A DNA stretch of 64,000 nt, from the NCBI GenBank assembly GCA_965116475.1, contig OZ220691.1:1056001-1120000 (forward strand), read 5' to 3'. Under the pieces are notes generated by a model. That model worked only from the letters and a program-made list of their open reading frames with translations. It was not told the origin of the DNA and made no database searches. Numbering within the stretch: the first letter of the stretch is position 1; every line of letters starts with the position of its first letter. This document shows positions 46,829 through 55,742 of this stretch, one piece after another. Source of the stretch: Gemmatimonadota bacterium (GTDB lineage Bacteria > Gemmatimonadota > Gemmatimonadetes > Palauibacterales > Palauibacteraceae). The translations under genes and the position numbers were made by a program.

Positions 46829-47886
46829 CGAACCACCAAGCCACTGCCCACGCGGACACTACTCTCGAAAAGATCCGCCTCGTTCGTGAGGGCAAGCGGC
46901 TATCCGGTCGACACAGCGCCTTCGGAGCCGCCTACCGACTCCTAGACCCCGAAAAGCCTTCACCTACGGTAACACGTAGTGGTTTTCGAGATTTCATCCA
47001 TCCTACTGAAGATCGACTCTGTACTGTTCGAGAGCTCGCGCGGCTCCAGACCTTCCCGGACAACTATGTGCTCGAAGGGCGTAGGTGCGACACCTACGCC
47101 GGCAGTCGCTATAGGCAACAAACCCAACACGAACAACTTGGCAATGCCGTACCCCCTCGACTCGCGTATGCACTCGCCGGAGCGATTAGGCGGCAGCTCT
47201 TCGACAGACGGGATCCTCCATCTCTCGTTCGCCCGATTTCCCCAACTGTGTTTCGCCAACTTGACTCCACATATCCGGACACGGATCTAGGGAACAAACT
47301 CAACCCTCTTGATGAACTCATCTATATCATCCTTTCAAGGCGAACCAAGGAGAATCAGTACCAAGAGGCGTATCGGAATTTGCGTCGTATATATCGCGGC
47401 TGGAGTCGTGTGCTCGAAGCTGATTTGGAGGAGGTCGAACAACTCTTGCAACCAGTCGGTCTCGCTCGCCAGAAGGCACGAGCGATCAAAGCGCTGCTTA
47501 CTACTGTCCAAGCTGATATGGGTCGCGTGTCTTTAGCATCTCTAAAATCTGCTTCTGATTCCGCCGCTTATCATTACCTCCGGTCGCTACCCGGCGTGAG
47601 CGACAACACGGCCAAGTGTGTTATGCTGTACTCACTCGGCCGTGATGTTCTCCCCGTCGACACACACACATATCGCGTGTCACGACGTCTTGGCCTGATC
47701 CCACAATCCGTATCGTACTACCGGTCGCCGCGCTTACTAGCGAAAGCAGTACCACGCCCCTTGCGGCGACGATATCACATCGTGTCAATCCTACACGGCC
47801 GGAAGGTCTGCAGAGCTCACTCGCCACGCTGTGACGTCTGCCCGGTGACGAACAGTTGTCCGCACTCCACCCACCCCAAGCTCTAG
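46813..47886 (+). CDS. C5-MTase beta subunit (TRD + motifs IX/X, M.AquI beta-like) fused to HhH-GPD/endonuclease III-family glycosylase
   Basis: PSPTVTRSGFRDFIHP..DR..TVRELARLQTFPD, QLGNAVPP; then LDELI..ILS, GLA.QKA, LPGVSDNTA, PVDTH, C-x6-C-x2-C-x5-C. Confidence 0.88.
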   Translation: MVRKVTNHQATAHADTTLEKIRLVREGKRLSGRHSAFGAAYRLLDPEKPSPTVTRSGFRDFIHPTEDRLCTVRELARLQTFPDNYVLEGRRCDTYAGSRYRQQTQHEQLGNAVPPRLAYALAGAIRRQLFDRRDPPSLVRPISPTVFRQLDSTYPDTDLGNKLNPLDELIYIILSRRTKENQYQEAYRNLRRIYRGWSRVLEADLEEVEQLLQPVGLARQKARAIKALLTTVQADMGRVSLASLKSASDSAAYHYLRSLPGVSDNTAKCVMLYSLGRDVLPVDTHTYRVSRRLGLIPQSVSYYRSPRLLAKAVPRPLRRRYHIVSILHGRKVCRAHSPRCDVCPVTNSCPHSTHPKL

Positions 47887-50144
47887 TTATACGCCGGCGT
47901 TAGCGCCTCATGGGCAAGCTCAATGCACTCGGCCAGGCATTGGTATCGGAAGTCGTCATAGTCTACTGGGTCGACGGAATTGTCAGGACCCCAGCCAAGG
48001 TTCGGAAGTTCGTCCTGCAGCCGCCGGGCGACGAATGCCTCGCAGATTATCTCTGCGATTATAGCCCTAGCCTGTGGATCCTTTTGGCCCGGCCACTTTT
48101 CGCCTGTGCTCGGATCAAGATCCGGGCCGAGCACTCGTGCAAGAGTCGCATGTCTTGCCGCAATCTGCACCAAATATGAATCTGTCGCGTCCCACCTGAA
48201 TCGACGACCCGGCGCGCCGAAGTGAGACACATCTTCAAACTTGAAGTTGATCCTAGGCTTGCCGCCGATCTCGCGAAACACGATGATCGCGTCGTCCTTG
48301 TGGTGCTCCAGCTGAGCCTTCAGCACGGCCTTTGCCTCGGTATCTGAGACCGCTCGCACTGACGCCGTAGCAACTCCAAGACGACCATCGAACTCTAGCG
48401 TGACGTGCGACCGATTCAATGAGACATCGCCGTGGCGAGGGGTTACATGAACCGTCGCCCCATCCAGCGAAGGATCGGCGTAGATCGTAATGTGCTTGTT
48501 TCGTCCGGGGATTGATGTATAGCGACGTTGTGAAAACTGAAGATCTTGATCCAAGTCGATGACGCCCTCGATTTGGTCGCGTACTGCCACTTTGAGGATG
48601 TGAACGGCGCTCTCGGCACAAATCTCGATCGTCGCGAGATCCGTCAACTGATCGCCGCTGACCTCGACGGAACCACGAAACACGCCAGGGTGCTCGTCCA
48701 TCAGTTGAAGTTCGATTGTGTCGTGAGACACAAACAGATTACCCGCCGTCGCAGCGATCTCACACTCGACGACACGGTCTCCATCGGCCTCTTTCCGATA
48801 GTAGATTCCCAACCGCTTCGCTTTACCGATCTCAAGACGGAGAGTAGCTGGGATTACGGTTAGGCCCATCTGGAGCTCCGGCCCGGACCCTGGTCCTTCG
48901 GGTGTGTCGAGCTTTTCCGCCAACTGCTCGCCCAACCTATCTAGCGCCTGCCGGAGCTCAGAACCAACGCGTTGCTCGGTCGGCGGAGTTAGTTCCTTTT
49001 GAAGCTCGGATAACGCCTTCTCGATCACAGGACGGACTGCATCGTGAACCGCATGCACAAAAGGATGTTCGCCATTCAGCCCTAAGCGATCAGGATCGGT
49101 CACCTGTGTCGGATTGAAAGCATCGCGTTGTATGCTTGGGTCCGCCTCTCGAGCCCGCTCGAATTCGTCATACTGCAGCAGAAGTTCGGGGACGTGAGGG
49201 AGATACAACTCCCCGAACAGATGTTGGCCCGCTAGTGTGTCCGATCCTCGCGCACCCAGGAAGCCGATATCGTGCCCCGTCCTGCCGTCGACGATGAGGA
49301 CCCCGCCCTCGCTTTTCCACAGGCGGGTGATCGAACGTCCGCCTAACCGCAATGTCTCTTCAGATCTCTGGAGCAATAGCCGAGCGCGTTGCCCGTCCGA
49401 ATACGTAACGAACTCCGGCAGCTCCATATCTTCCTCCACCAGCACCGCGCCTACCGGCATGAACCCCTCTATAAAACGATCTCGACCGACCCTCCCCCCT
49501 CTCATCTCCCTCATCTGTAGCGGGATGAGCGGCAAACCCTGCGGGTGATATCGTATCTCAACGTGTCGCTCCAGGTCCCCGGCAAGCGTATCGAAACGTG
49601 GCTTCGTGATGTCGGCGAACGGCCTAAGCGTTACGACGGTCCCGTTCCCCGCGTGCAGCTCCAGACGCGCTCGCACGTCATCATCCGCCGCCGCCGAAAT
49701 CACTACTTTCGATCGTCGTCCCTCAACCACCTTGCATGCGGAGTAACGATCGCCATGAATGCTCTCGAACAACACTTCCCCTAGCACGCCGACATCCTTG
49801 GCACCTCTCGCGTTGAGTCCTCGCACCGTCGCACTGTCGAAGCTACTCGCAGGATCGCCATACTGTAGGAGACGATCCTCCATAACCTCACGGCTCATCC
49901 CCTCGAATCGATCTCGAATGACAAGGCACTCCTGGCCTCGCGTCGTGTCGTAGTCAAGAACAATCGGCCGTGCGACCAATTCTCTCTCTTGTAGCTCACC
50001 CTTCTCAACCAGGCGGTACGCAGAATCTCGCGCATTGGTTATTAGCTCGACGAGTCCCCGGACAACGAATCCGCTCATAGCACGTGACGCGTTGCGTCTC
50101 AAATAACGTGCCGCGACTGGCAGGTCGATCATTTCGTCAGGCAT
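47883..50144 (-). CDS. GHKL (MORC/MutL/Hsp90-type) ATPase with long uncharacterised C-terminus
   Basis: ELITNARDS, IRD..EGM, RG..ARGAK, GNGT.VT Bergerat-fold motifs. Confidence 0.8.
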   Translation of the reverse strand: MPDEMIDLPVAARYLRRNASRAMSGFVVRGLVELITNARDSAYRLVEKGELQERELVARPIVLDYDTTRGQECLVIRDRFEGMSREVMEDRLLQYGDPASSFDSATVRGLNARGAKDVGVLGEVLFESIHGDRYSACKVVEGRRSKVVISAAADDDVRARLELHAGNGTVVTLRPFADITKPRFDTLAGDLERHVEIRYHPQGLPLIPLQMREMRGGRVGRDRFIEGFMPVGAVLVEEDMELPEFVTYSDGQRARLLLQRSEETLRLGGRSITRLWKSEGGVLIVDGRTGHDIGFLGARGSDTLAGQHLFGELYLPHVPELLLQYDEFERAREADPSIQRDAFNPTQVTDPDRLGLNGEHPFVHAVHDAVRPVIEKALSELQKELTPPTEQRVGSELRQALDRLGEQLAEKLDTPEGPGSGPELQMGLTVIPATLRLEIGKAKRLGIYYRKEADGDRVVECEIAATAGNLFVSHDTIELQLMDEHPGVFRGSVEVSGDQLTDLATIEICAESAVHILKVAVRDQIEGVIDLDQDLQFSQRRYTSIPGRNKHITIYADPSLDGATVHVTPRHGDVSLNRSHVTLEFDGRLGVATASVRAVSDTEAKAVLKAQLEHHKDDAIIVFREIGGKPRINFKFEDVSHFGAPGRRFRWDATDSYLVQIAARHATLARVLGPDLDPSTGEKWPGQKDPQARAIIAEIICEAFVARRLQDELPNLGWGPDNSVDPVDYDDFRYQCLAECIELAHEALTPAYN

Positions 50145-50166
50145 GACGTAATCTCACGCGATAAGG

Positions 50167-50775
50167 TTAGAGGTCGAACTGCTTTCTACCTTCCTGAATG
50201 AAGCGTGTGAGCCTACGGCTCTCTTCTCGATCGGGCAACCCCTCGATTGTACGTTCGACACGGGCCAATCTCCCAGAGGCCACAAAAGGGGAGGCGTCGG
50301 GAAAGAGCTTAAGAGCAGCGAGAAACGCATCCCGACCAATCGCCTGCATCCTTCTTCCGGCTTGAAACTGTCCGAAGGCGTCGGAATCGACGATCGGCTG
50401 AATCAACCGTGAGTAATCCACCGGTCGCTTCGTCGCGGTTACGTTGTGTCGCTCGTGGACAGCTTTGAGTCCTCGGGCTCGTTCTATCCCCGGGCGCGTG
50501 AGAGCGAATCGTTTGATCCGACCCATTCGATCACCCGCTGTCTTCCGCATGTCCTGATCTGTCACTAACTTCCCTGCCCGCGACTTCTTCGCTTCAGAAA
50601 GGTGAACCCTAACAGCATCTTTGTCTGGAAAATCCGGGTAGCGGCGCCAACAGAAAAGGGCGGGAAACATCTCGTGAGCCTTTACCGCGATCGCCTCCAG
50701 GTCGCTCTCCCCGCCGAGTTCGTAGAGCGCCAGAACAACCAGTAACGTCTTGTTTACTTCTGCGTTGTCATTCAC
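50167..50775 (-). CDS. Hypothetical protein, probable winged-helix N-terminal domain
   Basis: LALYELGG...E.IA..A..MFP..F, wing ending FALT..G; tightly spaced in the operon. Confidence 0.65.
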   Translation of the reverse strand: MNDNAEVNKTLLVVLALYELGGESDLEAIAVKAHEMFPALFCWRRYPDFPDKDAVRVHLSEAKKSRAGKLVTDQDMRKTAGDRMGRIKRFALTRPGIERARGLKAVHERHNVTATKRPVDYSRLIQPIVDSDAFGQFQAGRRMQAIGRDAFLAALKLFPDASPFVASGRLARVERTIEGLPDREESRRLTRFIQEGRKQFDL

Positions 50776-50790
50776 TATCTGAATCCTAGA

Positions 50791-52689
50791 TTAGACGAGA
50801 TCAAATTCAACCAGCGTTTGCTCCGGGTAGAATGTTGCGACCAGATAGTCGCCTTCCCGAACCCCAGCATTCCTCAGCTGGCGATACGTTCCCCAGAAGC
50901 TATTGCCCCGTATCGTCACAGGCACGACTTCGCCCGTGGGAAGGCTACAGCGCCACTCTTCTCTCTGCGTCGAGAGGGCTGACGGAAAGGCGAAAACACC
51001 GCTAAGGTTGAAGCGGCTCACGCGGTACGTTACGATGAAGCGCCCCGGACCTTCCCAGCCGGAAGTGATGATGTTCGTGGACCGTGAGCCAAGCCATTCG
51101 TTTCGGCGTTCCGAGAGCAGCTGGTTCGGGACGCGGCGTCCCCGCAAGGCGTAGACGGCAGTCGCAACTCTGGTAAGAATGGGGCTTCGGGTCAACACCG
51201 AGGCCATCGGCTCGGAGAAGCCGCGCCTCTTCATCCCGTCGACCATATCTTGGAGGAGAATGACCCCTTGGTGCTCTTCTATCAGTTCTACCAAGGCGTG
51301 CTCGGACTCCGACAGGATCTCGGCCTGCAGTGGCTTGCCTCGGAGTCGCGCTCGACCCGCGGTAACTTCGAACCCGGAATGCTGTCTTAGGACGAACTCG
51401 ACCACGTCCCGTGGCGGCACCGGATCCAATCTGGGGTTGCGGAGAAGACCCGAGTGAAGTTGGACAATTGGCAAGGGAGCCGTAACGGCTAACACCTTCC
51501 GTGCTTGCCGGACCAGCGATGAATCCGGAGAGGGTTTGGGGACCAGATACCCGAGAACGCGATCAAGACTTGAGCCGCGCGGCGCAATAAGTGTGGCGGC
51601 GTGTCCCGCAGAGAAAGGCGAGAGTTCTTCGAGGGCTGATTCCTTCACTGCACCAACACGTCGAAGTTCAGCGCGTGCCTTACCCTTCAGCCTCTTTAGT
51701 GCCTCGCTGAGCTGTCCTGTCTCGACCCAAGCTGAGCGACCCTCCACACCAATCCATACGCGGGTTTCTGGATCCCAACTGATCTTCGGAATCAAGCCGA
51801 CCTTAGACAACACGCTCAGGGGACTGACAGAAAGGTCGTCTCGTAGGACTTCCCCAACCGACAACCGTTCGACCAAGACTGTGGCGGAAGCAATTCCCCC
51901 TGCGAGATCGATCTCTCGAACCACTCGAGAACCGATCGGTAACCGTAGACCCGATTCGGCCAACTTTTTCAGATGTCGGGTTACGATCTGTCGGACCCTT
52001 TCGCGCGTGATTCCAGTTCTCTCGCCAAGTTCCTCGAATGTAAACTGCTCAGCGGAACGGTAGCGAAGACGCGCAAGTACCAGATCTCGATTGCGGGCCC
52101 CTAAGTTCGCACATAGAGCCTGAACCTCTTCGTCCAAGGTCCTGGCTGATGCAATCGACAGGAGAAGCTCGGCGCTCAAGGCCGGAACGCATATGTCGTC
52201 CTGTTTGGTTTCCCAGCTCATTTCAACGAGCTTTTCCATCGGAATCGTACCCAGAACGTCCACTAACTCACGGAGCTTTGCAAGCCGGGTCGGGCTGAGA
52301 ACACCGGACAGGTCACAGTCAGACAGATCTCCGAGAGTATGGCAACCCTGTTGATAAAGCGCCTCCAGCGCACCTTTGTCGAGGGCGAGACTTGAGGTCG
52401 GAACACGGGCTAGGTACGAGGGCACGTCAGAGACGGTCGGCTTGTAGTCCGTGACGACCTCTTGGGTTGCCGTGATTGCCCCGAGACGCCGGAGAAAATC
52501 GACAATCTCAGTCACGGTTCCGGGGCCTATCTGATCAATCCGCAAGAGGTCTGCAGTCGATAGGCCATCCAGTGCCCCCACGGTCCTCAATCGATTGCGA
52601 AGCAGGAGGTTCCTTGTGCGACTCGAAAGATCCGTTCCGGCAATCGACATATGCTGAATGGCAACAGGTACCTGTACAACCTCGCGCAC
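50791..52689 (-). CDS. RNA polymerase alpha-CTD-like repeats + sigma70 region 4 HTH + further domains
   Basis: DLSSRTRNLL.RN.L.TVG.L...S..DLL.I..IG..TV.EI (alphaCTD); T.EELG...GITRERVRQI (sigma4); no sigma region 2. Confidence 0.82.
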   Translation of the reverse strand: MREVVQVPVAIQHMSIAGTDLSSRTRNLLLRNRLRTVGALDGLSTADLLRIDQIGPGTVTEIVDFLRRLGAITATQEVVTDYKPTVSDVPSYLARVPTSSLALDKGALEALYQQGCHTLGDLSDCDLSGVLSPTRLAKLRELVDVLGTIPMEKLVEMSWETKQDDICVPALSAELLLSIASARTLDEEVQALCANLGARNRDLVLARLRYRSAEQFTFEELGERTGITRERVRQIVTRHLKKLAESGLRLPIGSRVVREIDLAGGIASATVLVERLSVGEVLRDDLSVSPLSVLSKVGLIPKISWDPETRVWIGVEGRSAWVETGQLSEALKRLKGKARAELRRVGAVKESALEELSPFSAGHAATLIAPRGSSLDRVLGYLVPKPSPDSSLVRQARKVLAVTAPLPIVQLHSGLLRNPRLDPVPPRDVVEFVLRQHSGFEVTAGRARLRGKPLQAEILSESEHALVELIEEHQGVILLQDMVDGMKRRGFSEPMASVLTRSPILTRVATAVYALRGRRVPNQLLSERRNEWLGSRSTNIITSGWEGPGRFIVTYRVSRFNLSGVFAFPSALSTQREEWRCSLPTGEVVPVTIRGNSFWGTYRQLRNAGVREGDYLVATFYPEQTLVEFDLV

Positions 52690-52851
52690 GATCTAGCTCC
52701 CTTCCTGGCGTCCCCGAAACTCGACACGGCGATTAGTCATGGCGAAGCACCTCGGGACAACGCTGGAGAGATCCCACTTGACCGTAGCGCCCTAAAACCG
52801 CGTAGTTGATCCAAAACAGTTACCGCTCGGGATTCGTTGAGCACGGGGCGG

Positions 52852-55200
52852 TTACGGCACCAGGGGCTGCAGCTTGCCGAACTCGTACTGCGGGGGCGGT
52901 TCGGCGCCGAGGAGGTGGCGGACGAAGTAGTCCCAGCGGCGGCGCATCATGTAGGGCTCGTTGCCGAAACCGTGGCCGCGGTTCGGGAAGAGGAGGAGGT
53001 CGAAGTCCTTGTTCGCGGCGATGAGGGCGTCAACGACCAGCATCGTGTTCGAGTGCGGGACGTTCGTGTCCATCGTGCCGTGGGCGATGAGGAGCTTGCC
53101 CACCAGGTTCTCCGCCACGAGCTGGTTTGCCTGGTTGTCGTAGTTCGTGGCGCCGTCGGCGTACTCCTCCAGCAGCCCCTGGTACTTCTCGCCCCAGTCG
53201 TCCTCGTAGTTGCGGTTGTCGTGGTTTCCGGCCTGCGAGACGGCAACCTTGTAGAAATCCGGGTAGCGCAGGATCCCCGAAGTGGAGGCGAAGCCGCCGC
53301 CGGAGTGGCCGTAGATCCCGACCCGGTCGATATCGATCCAGGGGTGGCGCTCGGCGAGTTGGCGGATGCCGGCGATCTGATCCGGGAGCCCGTTGTCTCC
53401 CATGTTTCCGTAGTAGGCGTCCTGGAACGTCTTCGAGCGCCTCGGCGTCCCCATCGCGTCGAGTTCGATGACGACGAACCCGAGTTCGGCCAGCGACTGC
53501 AGATCCCGGTGCGCCGCGCGGAAGTTCCGGCTCCCCACGCTCCCGCTCTGCGGCCCCGGGTAGAGGTAGTTGATCACGGGATACGTGGCGGCCGGGTCGA
53601 AGTTCGAGGGACGGAACATGAGCCCGTGCAGATCCGTCTCGCCGTCGCGCGCCTTCACCGTGAACGGGATCGGCGGCTGCCAGCCGGTCCGCTCCAGGCG
53701 TGAGATGTCGGCCCGTTCGACGGTCTGCAGCAGGTCGCCGTCCATGTCCCGGACGACGGTGACCGGCGGGATCGTGGGCGTGGAGTACTGGTCGACGAAC
53801 GTCTCGCCATCCGGCGCGAGCCAGACGACGTGGTTCGCGCTGTCGGGCGTGAGGAGTTGGACGTCGCCCCCGTCGAGGCCGGCGCGGTACAGGTACATGA
53901 AGTAGGGGTCGCCGGGCTCCCGCCCGTTCCCCATGAAGAGGATCTCCCGAGCCTCCGCGTCGACCGCCACCACGTCCTCCACCTGCCACGCGCCCGAGGT
54001 CACCTGCCGCTTCGGTTCTCCGGTGTCCGCGTCGTAGAGGTAGAGGTGCCCCCAGTCGTCGCGCTGGGAGTACCAGAGGATCTCGTCGGACTCGGAGAGG
54101 TAGCGCCAGTTGGCGTGGGACTCGAAGAAGGTCTCCACGACCTCCTCGAACAGGTCGCGGACCTCGCCCGTGCGCGCATCGGCCATGCGGACGAGCGCCC
54201 GCTTGTGGTCGCGCGAACTCGACACGAAGACGAAGCGGGAGCCGTCGGCGCTCCACTCGACGTCGGAGAACGTCCCGCCGCAGGCCACGTGGTCGCAGAC
54301 CGTGGAGCGGTGCTGGTCCGGGGGCATGTCCAGGCGGACGACGCGGCTCGCCGCCGGCGCCTCCGTGTCGATCACCACGCGGTGGATGCGGAAGATGACC
54401 GAGTCCTCCGGGAGCGGGTAGCGCCACGCCTCGAGTTCGGGGTGCCCGACCTCGGTCGTGACCATGTACATCATCCCCACGCCGCGGGCGTCGTGCTGGA
54501 AGGTGGCGATGCGCCGCGAGTCGGGAGACCACTTGAGCACGGGACGGTCGCTCTTCACCCAGCCCGCGTTGTTCGTCGCGTAGCCGAAGTCCGCGACGCC
54601 GTCCTCGGTGAGTTGGGTCTCCTCCCCCGTGGCCAGATCCCGGAGCCACAGGTTGTGGTCGCGGATGAAGGCCGCCCTGGTCCCGTCCGGTGACACGATG
54701 TCGAAGCGGCGGGCCGTCGTGCCCTCGGGCGCCGGGACCGCCTCGCAGCGGTCGGCGTCGAGCCCGCAGGCGTACGTCTCTCCCTCGACGTCGACTTCGA
54801 AGCGGATCCTCCCGCCCTCGAGCGCGAGATCCCCGAACGGGAGCGCGAAGGCAGTGTGCTCCTCGCCGGTTGCCGCGGTGAGCGCGGCGGCGATGCGGGC
54901 GTGGTCGAAGGCGCGCTCCCGCGTCCCCGCGGCCGGATCGATGAGGACGTACTCGTTGCCCCCCTCGAACCGGGTCCGATACCAGAACCGCCCGTCCTCC
55001 AGCCAGACCGGGATGACGGAAGCCCCGAGCACGAGCGGATTCACCTGGCTCGCGAGCCTCCCCTCCGCCCGCGCGTAGTCCGCCACCGTCAGCGCGTCGG
55101 GCGCCTCCTGGGCGAACGCACCCGGCGTCGGTGAGAGGTTGGCGGCGATCAGCAGCGTTGCGCTGGCTATCCGGCTCATGCTTGCGATCCTGTTGGACAT
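52852..55200 (-). CDS. S9B dipeptidyl peptidase IV-family protein
   Basis: DPP IV propeller; YPGPQ, GHSGGG nucleophile, HGTMD.NV, RGHG; ATG at 55200. Confidence 0.93.
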   Translation of the reverse strand: MSNRIASMSRIASATLLIAANLSPTPGAFAQEAPDALTVADYARAEGRLASQVNPLVLGASVIPVWLEDGRFWYRTRFEGGNEYVLIDPAAGTRERAFDHARIAAALTAATGEEHTAFALPFGDLALEGGRIRFEVDVEGETYACGLDADRCEAVPAPEGTTARRFDIVSPDGTRAAFIRDHNLWLRDLATGEETQLTEDGVADFGYATNNAGWVKSDRPVLKWSPDSRRIATFQHDARGVGMMYMVTTEVGHPELEAWRYPLPEDSVIFRIHRVVIDTEAPAASRVVRLDMPPDQHRSTVCDHVACGGTFSDVEWSADGSRFVFVSSSRDHKRALVRMADARTGEVRDLFEEVVETFFESHANWRYLSESDEILWYSQRDDWGHLYLYDADTGEPKRQVTSGAWQVEDVVAVDAEAREILFMGNGREPGDPYFMYLYRAGLDGGDVQLLTPDSANHVVWLAPDGETFVDQYSTPTIPPVTVVRDMDGDLLQTVERADISRLERTGWQPPIPFTVKARDGETDLHGLMFRPSNFDPAATYPVINYLYPGPQSGSVGSRNFRAAHRDLQSLAELGFVVIELDAMGTPRRSKTFQDAYYGNMGDNGLPDQIAGIRQLAERHPWIDIDRVGIYGHSGGGFASTSGILRYPDFYKVAVSQAGNHDNRNYEDDWGEKYQGLLEEYADGATNYDNQANQLVAENLVGKLLIAHGTMDTNVPHSNTMLVVDALIAANKDFDLLLFPNRGHGFGNEPYMMRRRWDYFVRHLLGAEPPPQYEFGKLQPLVP

Positions 55201-55382
55201 CCTGGGTCCTCTGCGGCATGCGAAGTCGCAAGATGCCGACCGTCCCCCGCGCCGGCCACCGCGGTCTCGCGAGGTGTCCGGTGGCGCGCCGGGCGGGTAT
55301 TTTGGAGAGGATGACTTCCGGCCGGAACGGCGTCCGGCGGGCCGTGCGTTGAGCGGGGCGAAGGAAGGCGGAAGGAGGGCAC

Positions 55383-55742
55383 GTGTTGCAACCTCGGCTG
55401 GACGCTCGGAGAACGCGCTCCCTGCTCGACCTCGCGGCAACCAAGGTGCAGGTCGTACAGAGCCGGGCGAGCGCGAAGGACTACCTGGATGTGAACGCTC
55501 TGATTCACCTCGGGGGGATCGACCTTGGTCAGGCCCTGGGCGCGGCCACAGCGGTCCACGGCGATCGCTTCAATCCGATCCTGACGCTGAAGGCGCTGAC
55601 CTTCTTTGACGATGGCGATCTGTCGGAGGTCCCGATCATGGTCCGCGACCGACTCGCGGCAGCCGTCCGGGGCGTCAACCTGGAAGGCCTGCCGAATTTC
55701 CCCGCTCGCCAAGGTCTTCTGGCGTCCCGAGGGTCGTCATGA
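55383..55742 (+). pseudogene. C-terminal fragment of AbiEii/AbiGii-like nucleotidyltransferase
   Basis: DLAATK...QSRA..KDY.D, LKAL.FF.DGD; the N-terminal GGTA/R.S.D.D motifs are absent. Confidence 0.65.

Larger units (their letters stand above)
45916..52851. mobile_element. Lower-GC genomic island at the 3' end of a peptidase gene (no integrase inside)
   Basis: Flanked by direct repeats of the gene end; visibly more A/T-rich with atypical codon usage; defence-type cargo. Confidence 0.78.

Noticed and set aside
47883-50144. Call as gyrB, mutL, htpG or a histidine kinase
   Set aside because: Only the GHKL motifs are shared; no TOPRIM, MutL C-terminal or phosphoacceptor features, and it sits in an island.
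50791-52689. Call as rpoA or rpoD
   Set aside because: Only alphaCTD-like and region 4 modules are present; no alpha NTD and no sigma region 2.
45916-52851. Prophage, IS or integron interpretation of the island
   Set aside because: No integrase, transposase, terminal inverted repeats, attC-like sites or phage genes were recognised.
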